Positions 17,638-26,694 of a DNA stretch of 64,000 nucleotides are shown here, piece after piece. The notes beneath the pieces are model-generated. The model did not search any database, was not told where the DNA came from, and saw only the letters and a program-made list of their open reading frames with translations. Each line of letters starts with the position of its first letter. Position 1 is the first letter of the stretch. Origin of the DNA: Verrucomicrobiia bacterium (GTDB lineage: Bacteria > Verrucomicrobiota > Verrucomicrobiia > Limisphaerales > UBA11358); contig DASYYL010000085.1 in the NCBI GenBank assembly GCA_035933915.1, forward strand, positions 13,747-77,746. Direction: 5' to 3'. The position numbers and the translations under genes are program-made.

Positions 17638-18497
17638 TGAGCCTCGTAATCCCTACCAACCTTCCGGTTCATCCATTCCAGTCATTTAAGCAGCATGAAT
17701 CGACGTCCCCCTATTCCCGAAGACATGAAGGAATTGAGGCGGTTGGTTAAAGACGGAAACTCATTGCGGTGCAAAAATGGATTGCCGACGGTACTATAGG
17801 CCGCGCAGCGGGCATTTCCTCGCGGGCTCCTCAGATTCGCTCGTTAATGCAGCCGTGCCAAAGCGAATCGCCGGCCGACGATCCAATGGCATCAATTTTC
17901 CCTCCTTCCGCGCCAATATGTCCTCCTGCTTCCAGCGCAGCATCCGCGCCCAGTGCTGCTGCGGTGTTTCGGATTTTGCTTTGGTCATAAATTGGCGCGC
18001 CAGGGCCAGGATTTGAACCCGTCTCCACCGTCATACCTGGATTTCTCAGGACTCGCCCTCTTTGACGTTCGTTACCGACGTCGACTTCGGCAGTACGGAC
18101 GGTGCTAGTTACACGCGCGGCTGGGGCCGCAGCCGTTTTCTCACTTTCTGACTCCGGGGTCAAGAGTCCATGTTTTTCATGTTCAATCCCCGTGGTCATG
18201 CTGCCGTGCCGCAAGAAAGTAGCGTCTACGGTTCGGACAAACAGTCATTTTCCCGATGTTCTTCGGAAACAGCCAGCGAGAACCTCTACGCTGGACCAGG
18301 TTGAGACTAGGAATGCAATCCATGGCGACGGTAAGTGGATTGCATGAAGGGCTGAGAAGCACGAGAATAAAATCAAATGCCAAATTACTGGGCTGTCTCC
18401 GGAGCAGAACCGCTTGTGTAAATACCCAAGAAGGATTACGACTGTCTTCGCCAGCCGAAGATGGAGAGCCCATTGTTGTTGAACCGTTTGCCGGATA

Positions 18498-19010
18498 ATG
18501 ATTGTTGTTATTATCAGTGTAAATTTGCCACCCCAACGACAGTTCTTTCAGATTATTGTCCCCGGCACCAGAATACTGATTCTATCCGCGCACAGCGATG
18601 ACGCGTATTTCAAAAATGCAACCGAGGCCGGCGCGATGGGATTTCTGATCAAACAAACATCTTCCCACGAAGTGTGTCGGGCAATCCGGGAAATACATCA
18701 GGGGAAAACATTTTTCAGTTCCTCAGTCTCCCTGCGTCTCCATCGCCTCAGCCCACAACCGGCCGGCCGCGCGGGGCAGCTCGACAAAAAACCCGCCCGT
18801 ACTTCGCGCGAGATGGAAGTGCTTCAGCTCATTGCGGAAGGCAAGACTAATAAACAAAACGCGTCGGAATCGGGCATCGGCATTAAGACTGTTGAAAAGC
18901 ATCGCGAGCATCTCATGCGGAAGCTCGACATCCATGATACCGCCGGGCTTACCCGCTATGCCATCGGCGCGGGCATCATCGAGAGCAGCGTCCAGTTGAC
19001 CATCGTTTAA
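18498..19010 (+). pseudogene. N-terminally truncated NarL/FixJ (LuxR-type) response regulator remnant
   Basis: Homology starts mid-receiver (RILILSAHSDDAYF...AGAMGFLIK), so the phospho-acceptor Asp region is missing. The LuxR HTH is degenerate (KQNASESGIGIKTVEKHR). Confidence 0.6.
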
Positions 19011-19014
19011 CGAC

Positions 19015-19731
19015 TTATGTCGTCAAAGTGAGAAGAATGTCAGCGTACCACGCGCAGTTCAGTCCCAGGGTCTCATCGAGTTGCAAGTCCCGGCCGCCCA
19101 CATCCATGCGAGCGGAATGCACTCCAAGCAGCTTCCAGGGCATTTGTCCATCCGGGCCGTTTTGCATCACTACTGGCGCGCCACTGGTACCGCGGTGCAT
19201 TCGTGCATCGGTGAGAAAGTAGCCCAACCCCTGAAAACGCAGACCGAAGGATGAGGCAATCGCCGCTTGCCGGACCACAGGCAAGTGGTGCAGTTCATCG
19301 TGGAATCCCAGGGGGAAGCCGACAATCAGCAGCGAAGTGCCCACTCCTACGTCTTCGAGGGAGCGCTGCAGGTGCGAGGGCGTGAAGCACTGCAACGCGA
19401 CCGTCCCGGGCAGCGCCGCGCGCTCCAGTTCAATCACCGCCACGTCGATCTTGCCACCGGTATCTTTGCCGTGGCGCCAAATACTCTTGCCCTCCTTATA
19501 TAGCAGCACTGATAGACCAATCGAACGTGTTAGATTCTTGATATCGGTATGAAGTTCGATTTCGATACGATCGGGAAAATGTTTGCTTGGTTCATCGAGT
19601 AACACGTGCCGGCTCGTCACCAGGAAGAGCCGGTCCTCGCGCTCGAAGAAAAAACCGCTCGCGCCGGTCAGCGGGCGATTGCCGTCAAAAGTCGAGACCC
19701 GGGTAGTAGTCAGCAGCAGCGGTTCAATCAT
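19015..19731 (-). CDS. Cytoplasmic trypsin-like (S1/chymotrypsin fold) serine protease
   Basis: The catalytic triad context is TSRHV (His), IDVAVIEL (Asp) and GTSGAPVV (Ser). There is no signal peptide. Confidence 0.8.
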   Translation of the reverse strand: MIEPLLLTTTRVSTFDGNRPLTGASGFFFEREDRLFLVTSRHVLLDEPSKHFPDRIEIELHTDIKNLTRSIGLSVLLYKEGKSIWRHGKDTGGKIDVAVIELERAALPGTVALQCFTPSHLQRSLEDVGVGTSLLIVGFPLGFHDELHHLPVVRQAAIASSFGLRFQGLGYFLTDARMHRGTSGAPVVMQNGPDGQMPWKLLGVHSARMDVGGRDLQLDETLGLNCAWYADILLTLTT

Positions 19732-19820
19732 GGATTTTCAAAAATTCGGATATATCACTTTGCCAGAATGAGACGCATGTGAAGCGACAATTGCGGAAGG
19801 CGATGAATCATAACATAAAC

Positions 19821-20108
19821 TCACGCCGCCACGGGCGGGAGGTTGCGTGGGTCGTAAAACGTGTGATGCCGCAAGATAAAAGCATGTCCAGCGGGGGAAA
19901 CTTCTTCAATCACGCATCTGTCGGATTCCTCGCCAGACATTTTGCCACTTGGCAGTATCAGCCCTTCTTTGACGAGTTCCTCAACGTTTTCTGCCGAAAA
20001 TCCGCACTCGCGCATGGTTGGCCGGACTCCCGAATAGATTATGTCCCTCAAGCGGATGAGTGCTACCCGTTTGTCGTTATCTTTCATCAATAATCCGAAT
20101 TTTCCCAT
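19821..20108 (-). CDS. Hypothetical 95-aa protein upstream of the protease
   Basis: The ORF is on the same strand, 89 nt upstream of the protease gene. No domain was recognised. Confidence 0.4.
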   Translation of the reverse strand: MGKFGLLMKDNDKRVALIRLRDIIYSGVRPTMRECGFSAENVEELVKEGLILPSGKMSGEESDRCVIEEVSPAGHAFILRHHTFYDPRNLPPVAA

Positions 20109-20178
20109 TATGATGCGTAACCATCTATGGGGTGTTTACCCCATAGCACCCGCCAGCCAATCCGTTTAACTTACTACG

Positions 20179-20736
20179 ATGAAAAGACAGTTGCAAACCG
20201 GTGAAACTCCGGATTTGACCGTAAGCGAGCGAGCGAGCGAGACCGTAGCCTGGAAGAAAATTGTGGCCAAATATCAGCAGCCTTCCCGGTGGCGCAGCAC
20301 GTGGCAGATTATCAATTCGCTCGTTCCTTATGCCGCTCTCTGGTATTTAATTTACCTCAGTCTCGCGGTTTCGTGGTGGATTACGCTCCCGCTGGCCATA
20401 CTGGCTGGTGGATTCCTGGTGCGGTTGTTCATAATTCACCATGATTGCGGCCACGGTTCTTTTTTCAAGTCCCGGAAGGCCGATGATATTTGGAGATTCA
20501 TCACCGGCGTTCTCACATTCACTCCGTATCAATTTTGGCGCTGGGAACATGCCGTCCACCGTTCGGCGTGGGGCGACCTGGACCGGCGCGGGCTGGGTTC
20601 GGTCTGGACATTGACCGTGGAGGAAGATCTGGAAGCGACCCGCTGGAAACGATTCACCTACCGGCTGGCCAGGAACCCGTTCGTATTCCTGGTAATTTTA
20701 AATACGGCCATTGGTAGTGTGACGCAAACTGAGTAG
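20179..20736 (+). pseudogene. Truncated fatty-acid desaturase remnant
   Basis: His box 1 (HDCGH) is present. The second box is corrupted (HAVHRSA instead of HxxHH). The ORF ends at ~185 aa, well short of a typical membrane desaturase. Confidence 0.7.
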
Positions 20737-20834
20737 CCTGTATCACGTAGGGTAACACCCCATAGCGCCTTTCCGTGTTCCCGCTTAAGTTTGGCTATGA
20801 AAAATAAAACACTCATCCAAATCGGAGGCAATAT

Positions 20835-21032
20835 ATGTCCCTGATTTTACTCGTCATCACCCTGGTCGTCATCGGCGTGTTGCTCTGGCTGGTCAATACG
20901 TATATTCCGACGGACGGAAAAATCAAAAGCATTCTCAACACGGTCGTGGTGATTTGCGTCGTCGGATGGCTCTTGTTTGCCTTCGGCATTCTCAATCACA
21001 GCGGGGACATCCGCGTCCCGCAGGTGCGATAG
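20835..21032 (+). CDS. Small two-TM membrane protein
   Basis: The 65-aa ORF has two hydrophobic helices (LILLVITLVVIGVLLWLV and VVVICVVGWLLFAFGIL). Confidence 0.55.
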   Translation: MSLILLVITLVVIGVLLWLVNTYIPTDGKIKSILNTVVVICVVGWLLFAFGILNHSGDIRVPQVR

Positions 21033-21117
21033 GAAGCGTTCATTAAAGATGCGCCGTCTGCTTGTCCACTTTGAATTCAAAGATCCGAAAGCCACGAACA
21101 CAGTCTGAAAACGATTC

Positions 21118-23400
21118 ATGCCGGGCATTTCCGACATACGCAGAGTTGCTTTTCTCGGCGATTATCTGCCGCGAAAATGCGGCATCGCGACGTTCACGAC
21201 CGACTTGTGCCGCGCAGTAACCACGGAATTTCCAGACATCCAATGCCTGGTCGTGCCGGTCAACGATATCGCGGGGGGTTATGAATACCCGGCGGAAGTG
21301 CGCTTTGAGATTGCGGAGCAGGACCTGACTTCCTATCTGCGCGCGTCGGATTTCCTGAATATTACTGATGTGGACGTCGTTTGCGTGGAGCATGAATTCG
21401 GCATCTTTGGGGGACCAGCCGGCGGTCATGTGCTGGCGCTGCTGCGCGAATTACAAATGCCGATTGTCACAACGCTCCATACAGTCTTGCGCGAGCCAAA
21501 TACCGAGCAACGGCGCGTGATGCGTGAGTTGATCCGGCTTTCAACCCGGTTGGTAGTGATGAGTGAACGGGGCCGGGAATTTCTCGGTGATATTTATCAC
21601 GCCCCGGCGGCCAAAGTTGATCTGATCCCGCACGGCATTCCCGCCATGCCTTTTGCGGACCCAAATTATTTCAAGGACGAATTCGGTGTCGCGGGCAGAC
21701 AGGTGTTGCTCACCTTCGGTTTGTTGTCTCCGAACAAAGGCATTGAGTTTGCGTTGCGCGCGCTGCCGGACATTATCCGTGAATTCCCCAACATCGTCTA
21801 TATCGTGCTGGGCCAGACGCATCCGAATCTGCTGCGCGACGAAGGTGAAGCTTACCGTTTGAGTTTGGAGCGGCTGGCAAAAGACCTCGGCGTGCAAAAG
21901 CATGTCGTGTTTTTCAACCGCTTTGTCGAACTGGAAGAACTCATGCGGTTCATCGGCGCGGCCGATATTTATCTCACACCCTATCTGACCGAATCACAAA
22001 TCACTTCCGGCACTTTGGCCTATGCGTTCGGCGCGGGAAACGCCGTGGTCTCCACGCCCTACTGGCACGCGGCGGAATTATTGACGGAGGAACGCGGCAA
22101 GCTCGTGCCCTTCCGTGACCCCGGGGCCATTGCCGTCGCCGTGGTGGAATTGTTGCGCAACGAACCGTTGCGCCATTCCATGCGCAAGAACGCCTACAAG
22201 CTGGGGCGCGACATGGTCTGGAGCCGCGTGGCGCAACTCTATGCGAAATCATTTGAACAGGCGCGACAGGACCACAGTTTCGTCGGGCGAAAGTCCTCAC
22301 CCATCAAGACGCTCGATGAACAACCCGGACAATTGCCGGAATTAAAACTGGACCACCTATTCCGCATGAGTGATTCGACCGGCATCTTCCAACACGCGAG
22401 CTTTACCGTGCCGAATTTTTCCGAAGGTTACTGCACTGACGACAATGCTCGCGCGCTGGTGCTGTCATTGATGCTGCAAAAGTTAGGACACGGTTCGCAG
22501 CAACTCAGCGCGCAGGCCGCGACCTATGCGGCCTTTCTCAACCACGCGTTCGACCGCCAGCGCAACCGTTTTCGCAACTTCATGGGTTTCGAGCGGCACT
22601 GGCTGGAGGACGTTGGTTCGGAGGATTGTCAGGGTCACGCGCTGTGGGCCTTGGGATTGTGCGTGTCACAGGCTGGGCAAGGGAGTTTTCAGGCGCTCGC
22701 GGCGCAACTTTTCGAGCAGGCGCTGCCCGTGGCCGCTGAATTTTCCTCGCCCCGCGCCTGGGCGTTTACGTTGATTGGCATTGACGAATATCTGCGTCGC
22801 TTTGGTGGTGACCGGCGAGCAAATCAGATCCGCGAATCACTCACGGCCAAACTCACGCAACGCTACGCGGATGCCGCGACGGACGAATGGAACTGGTTTG
22901 AAGACGTCGTTTCCTATGCTAATGCGAAGCTCCCGCATTCATTGATTCTCAGCGGACGTTGTCTGAATAACAAGTCGATGCTCGAACTTGGCCTCAAAGC
23001 ATTACGCTGGCTGACAAAAATCCAGACTTCGGAGACTGGATCATTTCGTCCGGTTGGATCAAACGGATTTTTTCCGCGCGGAAAGGATCGGGCAATGTTC
23101 GATCAGCAACCCATCGAAGCCCAAGCAACGATTTCTGCCTGCATCGAAGCGTATCAGGCCACTGGCGACACCTTCTGGGTCACACAAGCGCGCCGCGTAT
23201 TCGAATGGTTCCTTGGTCGAAACGATCTTGGCCTTGCGCTTTACGACCCGGGCACCGGCGGCTGTCGTGACGGTCTGCACATGGACCGGTTGAGCCAAAA
23301 CCAGGGGGCCGAATCCACGCTGGCCTTTTTATTATCACTTGCGGAAATGCAGGCACTGCAAAATTCGCTCACCAGTTTCGAGGAACCGTCCGGCAAATGA
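21118..23400 (+). CDS. GT4-family glycosyltransferase fused to a C-terminal ~370-aa domain (possibly alpha/alpha-toroid)
   Basis: The N-terminal half matches the GT-B/GT4 pattern (CGIATFT..., LTFGLLSPNKG, GQTHPN, TPYLTESQITSGTLAYAFGAGNAVVSTP). No family was assigned to the C-terminal half. Confidence 0.8.
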   Translation: MPGISDIRRVAFLGDYLPRKCGIATFTTDLCRAVTTEFPDIQCLVVPVNDIAGGYEYPAEVRFEIAEQDLTSYLRASDFLNITDVDVVCVEHEFGIFGGPAGGHVLALLRELQMPIVTTLHTVLREPNTEQRRVMRELIRLSTRLVVMSERGREFLGDIYHAPAAKVDLIPHGIPAMPFADPNYFKDEFGVAGRQVLLTFGLLSPNKGIEFALRALPDIIREFPNIVYIVLGQTHPNLLRDEGEAYRLSLERLAKDLGVQKHVVFFNRFVELEELMRFIGAADIYLTPYLTESQITSGTLAYAFGAGNAVVSTPYWHAAELLTEERGKLVPFRDPGAIAVAVVELLRNEPLRHSMRKNAYKLGRDMVWSRVAQLYAKSFEQARQDHSFVGRKSSPIKTLDEQPGQLPELKLDHLFRMSDSTGIFQHASFTVPNFSEGYCTDDNARALVLSLMLQKLGHGSQQLSAQAATYAAFLNHAFDRQRNRFRNFMGFERHWLEDVGSEDCQGHALWALGLCVSQAGQGSFQALAAQLFEQALPVAAEFSSPRAWAFTLIGIDEYLRRFGGDRRANQIRESLTAKLTQRYADAATDEWNWFEDVVSYANAKLPHSLILSGRCLNNKSMLELGLKALRWLTKIQTSETGSFRPVGSNGFFPRGKDRAMFDQQPIEAQATISACIEAYQATGDTFWVTQARRVFEWFLGRNDLGLALYDPGTGGCRDGLHMDRLSQNQGAESTLAFLLSLAEMQALQNSLTSFEEPSGK

Positions 23401-23431
23401 ATACTGTGACGAATATTTCCGTGAAAAATAT

Positions 23432-24898
23432 ATGACTGCCGTTGTCCCCTTGCCCTTTCGCGTCAAACGCACCGGCCCGACATTGGCGCCGGATAGCTCA
23501 CGTGTGTTAATGCGTCCGTTTCGCCCCTCCACTGATGACATCGCGCGGCGAATTGTCTCACGTGTGATGGCGTTGCCGGAAGATGAGGCCGTCAGGCTGT
23601 TGGGCTGCATTTTTGACGAGTTTGCAAACCGGCACGAGCGCGTTGACGCCTTTTTCCGAAAGCGCTTTGAACAGGTGAAGATTTACCTGGAGCCCAGGGC
23701 GCAGCCGTCTCCCGAACGGCAGATGCTCATCGGTGCTTATTTCACGCATGAGTATTCGGTCGAGTCGGCGGCGCTGTTCAATCCGTCCATTGTGCCGCAT
23801 CCCGATCAAGGTGGATTACCGCCAGGGTCACTGCGTTTCATCTTGAGTTTGCGCGCTACAGGCGAGGGGCACATTTCCTCAATCGCCTTCCGCACCGGCA
23901 CAGTCAGCGCGCAAGGAAGCATCACCCTCACACCACCCATGCCATTTGTAACGGAGCCGGAGCGCGTGCCTGATGTTGCTTACGCTAAGGGATTGTTTGT
24001 CAATAAGCTTGAAGGAGCGGGCGTCCAAAATGATTTTTGCCGTCGTGTGCTGGACAAACTTCATGAGGATTTTACTTTGAAACAACTGCACGCAGTGTTG
24101 CATGCGTCAGGTCTGAAGGATGTCTCCGATGTTGAGGCGTCCGGTGCGGCCCACCGTATCCTATTGCTGGCGGAATCCAATTATGAAGTGAATTTCGCCC
24201 CGGACAGCCATCTTTCGCAGCGCGTTCTTTTTCCGTCCGCGCCCAGCCAGAGCAACGGCATCGAAGACGCGCGCTTCGTTTGCTTCCAAACTGACGATGG
24301 CCGTTTCAACTATTACGCGACTTATACCGCCTACGACGGCAAGGTCACCTTGCCGCAATTACTGGAGACACCGGACTTTTTACATTTCAAATTCAGAATG
24401 CTCAACGGCCCCGCCGTGCAGAACAAAGGCATGGCTCTGTTCCCGCGCAAAATCAACGGACGATATACAATGCTCTCGCGCCAGGATGACGAGAATCTTT
24501 TAATCATGTTTTCCGATAACATTCATTATTGGTCCGAGCCGAAACTATTGCTGCCTCCAGCACAACCGTGGGAATTCTTCAAGATCGGCAACTGCGGTTC
24601 GCCCATTGAAACTGAAGCAGGCTGGCTGGTATTAAGCCACGGGGTCGGCGCGATGCGGAAGTATTGTCTCGGCGCATTCCTGCTTGACCTGAATGAGCCG
24701 ACGCGGGTCGTCCGTCGGCTGCGCGAACCTTTGCTGTGTCCTCACGAAACGGAGCGTGAGGGCTATGTGCCAAATGTTGTTTATACCTGTGGCGCCTTGC
24801 TGCATGGGCGCGAACTCATTATGCCCTACGCAATGAGCGATTCCGCCAGCAGCTTTGCCACCGTTTCGCTGGACGAACTGCTGGCCGCCATGAAGTGA
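23432..24898 (+). CDS. GH130-like glycosidase/phosphorylase (beta-propeller)
   Basis: The segments GIEDARFV...YYATYTAYDG...NKGMALFPRKINGRY...GNCGSPIETEAGWLVLSHGVG follow the GH130-type pattern. The start was chosen at MTAVVP. Confidence 0.75.
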   Translation: MTAVVPLPFRVKRTGPTLAPDSSRVLMRPFRPSTDDIARRIVSRVMALPEDEAVRLLGCIFDEFANRHERVDAFFRKRFEQVKIYLEPRAQPSPERQMLIGAYFTHEYSVESAALFNPSIVPHPDQGGLPPGSLRFILSLRATGEGHISSIAFRTGTVSAQGSITLTPPMPFVTEPERVPDVAYAKGLFVNKLEGAGVQNDFCRRVLDKLHEDFTLKQLHAVLHASGLKDVSDVEASGAAHRILLLAESNYEVNFAPDSHLSQRVLFPSAPSQSNGIEDARFVCFQTDDGRFNYYATYTAYDGKVTLPQLLETPDFLHFKFRMLNGPAVQNKGMALFPRKINGRYTMLSRQDDENLLIMFSDNIHYWSEPKLLLPPAQPWEFFKIGNCGSPIETEAGWLVLSHGVGAMRKYCLGAFLLDLNEPTRVVRRLREPLLCPHETEREGYVPNVVYTCGALLHGRELIMPYAMSDSASSFATVSLDELLAAMK

Positions 24899-24973
24899 GA
24901 CGCTCGCGATACCGGCCCTTGTCAGGCTAACACCGCATAGCGGACACATTGGGAGAGAACCTATATTCCACTT

Positions 24974-25236
24974 ATGAAACAAAATAATTTTCTGCCGGAC
25001 CGGAAACCCGCCGGCTCCCCGCAGCCGGTCGCCCCCGCGGGAATTGGCCAATATAAAATTAAATTTACGCCTTCACCGGACGAAGTGGCCAAAAAGCCCA
25101 CTCAAAATACGTTGAAGGGGGTTCGCTGTCCGGGCACGACCAGCAAAACTGGCTGCAAGCCGAAGCGCAATTGATCCGGAAACGCAACTTCACCCGGACG
25201 CACCTTTTTCATGCCTGGGGCGTGAAAAAGGTTTAA
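24974..25236 (+). pseudogene. DUF2934-like small protein interrupted by a frameshift in an A-run
   Basis: Frame 1 gives ...PSPDEVAKK. The adjacent frame continues AHSKYVEGGSLSGHDQQNWLQAEAQLIRKR, which carries the DUF2934 hallmark GHD..NWLQAE. The switch is at GCCAAAAAGCCC, around 25095. Confidence 0.55.
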
Positions 25237-25525
25237 GGAGAATTACCATGAAAGATCCAACATATGACGAGGCCGGAACCTGGCTGTTCGCCCACGGGAC
25301 AACGAGAACGTCGTACGAAATCGAGACCTATAGTTCAATTTGCCAAACAAGTCTGGTTCCTTCCCGGATCGTTCGCAGATGCTTTCAAACAAAAGCGACA
25401 GTGGATGGTCCAAAAAAAATTTGAAGCCGAACGGCTGGACCAGATACGCAACCCGGAAAAATATTTGGGAAAGTGATTGGAAATTCACCAAAAAAATAAA
25501 AACAAACTCCAAAATAAAAACGATT

Positions 25526-25837
25526 ATGAACTACAAAATTTACATTGATAATCTGGCCCCGGCCACGTCAGAGAACGAACTGGAAGTTCTGTTTTCCGCA
25601 TACGGCAATGTCGCGGATGTTAATATTGTGGTAGAACGCACCGATCAAAAGCTGCGCGGTTTCGGGTATCTAACGATGGTAACCCGTGAAGGCGCTCGGG
25701 CCGCCGTTCAAGCTCTAAATGGAATGCGGATAAGAGAACACACACTCAGAGTCAGCGAGACGGGGCCATACAAACAGCACACAGGCTTGGTAAAAGTGGC
25801 TTCCAAATCCACGTTGGAGCCGTCGTCCTTGCCGTAG
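25526..25837 (+). CDS. RRM-type RNA-binding protein
   Basis: KIYIDNL is RNP2 and RGFGYLTM is RNP1. Confidence 0.85.
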   Translation: MNYKIYIDNLAPATSENELEVLFSAYGNVADVNIVVERTDQKLRGFGYLTMVTREGARAAVQALNGMRIREHTLRVSETGPYKQHTGLVKVASKSTLEPSSLP

Positions 25838-25913
25838 CGGTCGTTTTTCCTCGCGAAGCCAAACCCATCTCATTTGCTTAGCGCGCCAGCCTCCGCGCCC
25901 CCCCTCTCGCCCC

Positions 25914-25978
25914 GACACAACCTGACACAAACCCAGCCCGATTTTGTACACGACACAGTTCTGACACAGTTGGACACA
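25914..25978. repeat. Five helically phased GACACA copies
   Basis: Copies start at 25914, 25924, 25952, 25963 and 25973, with spacings of 10, 28, 11 and 10 nt. The array lies 140 nt from the tRNA-Leu 3' repeat. Confidence 0.6.
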
Positions 25979-26117
25979 CGCTTTCCCGTCACGCGTTGCT
26001 ACCGGATGCAAATATAATCGTTGAAACTATTGATGTTTAATGTCAGTCATTGCAACGCGATGATACACATCTACTGCAACAATCGGCGGTGGGCGGCAGG
26101 TCGAAAAACCCGAAAAC

Positions 26118-26147
26118 GCAGGTTCACGTCCTGCTATCCGCACCAAT
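26118..26147 (+). repeat. Partial duplicate of the tRNA-Leu 3' end (candidate attR)
   Basis: GCAGGTTCACGTCCTGCTATCCGCACCAAT matches 14602-14631 GCAGGTTCAAGTCCTGCTATCCGCACCAAT at 29 of 30 positions. Confidence 0.8.
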
Positions 26148-26236
26148 CTCTCTCAAAGCCATTTTTCCGCAACCTTTGGCCGCCATTTCCGTAGTATTGC
26201 GTGGAAACAAAATTAAATCAGACTCCAAATGAGATT

Positions 26237-26689
26237 ATGTACAAGATTATAGGAACAGACGGCGGGCAATATGGGCCGATCACCGCCGATCAAATCCGCC
26301 GGTGGTTTGCCGAAAACCGCGTCAACGCCCAGTCCCTCGCTCAACGCGAAGGCTCCACGGAATGGAAACCGCTAATAGCGTTTCCCGAATTCTCAGGCGA
26401 TTTCAACCTGTCGCCGCCTCCGGTTTCGAGTTTCGCGCACAATCCGCGCGCCTCAAATAAAATTCCAGCCGGTGTCTGCGCCATTTTGCTCGGATGCCTC
26501 GGCGTTCACAAATTCATTTTGGGATACACCGGAGCCGGCCTGATTATGTTGCTGCTCACGATCCTCTCTTGCGGCATTCTTTGGCCCATCCTCCACATCT
26601 TCGGTATTATTGAAGGCATCATTTACCTGTGCAAATCAGACGATGAATTTGCCAGGTTATATGTGGACGGCCGGCGGGAGTGGTTTTGA
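26237..26689 (+). CDS. GYF_2 (DUF4339) plus TM2 domain membrane protein
   Basis: The N-terminal segment YKIIGTDGGQYGPITADQIRRWFAENRV matches the GYF_2 pattern. The C-terminal segment AILLGCLGVHKFILGYTGAGL matches TM2. Confidence 0.8.
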   Translation: MYKIIGTDGGQYGPITADQIRRWFAENRVNAQSLAQREGSTEWKPLIAFPEFSGDFNLSPPPVSSFAHNPRASNKIPAGVCAILLGCLGVHKFILGYTGAGLIMLLLTILSCGILWPILHIFGIIEGIIYLCKSDDEFARLYVDGRREWF

Positions 26690-26694
26690 CCGAT

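Larger units (their letters stand above)
14602..26147. mobile_element. Candidate degraded genomic island bounded by the tRNA-Leu 3' end and its direct repeat
   Basis: A 30-nt direct repeat occurs at 14602-31 and 26118-47 with one mismatch. The interior holds excisionase-type HTH and DnaC-like genes plus gene fragments. No integrase is present. Confidence 0.45.

Noticed and set aside
21118-24898. GT4-fusion plus GH130-like gene pair as a novel system
   Set aside because: As far as I recall, this pairing of a long group-1 glycosyltransferase with a PH1107-type glycosidase is a widespread conserved two-gene unit. Both genes look intact and ordinary.
25248-25476. Small ORFs after the DUF2934 remnant: a 58-aa ORF starting at ATG 25248 with an AGGAG RBS, and a 70-aa ORF at 25264-25476 in another frame
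   Set aside because: The two overlap in different frames and neither has a recognisable motif. An A8 run at about 25417 could hide another frameshift. The evidence is too weak to call a gene.
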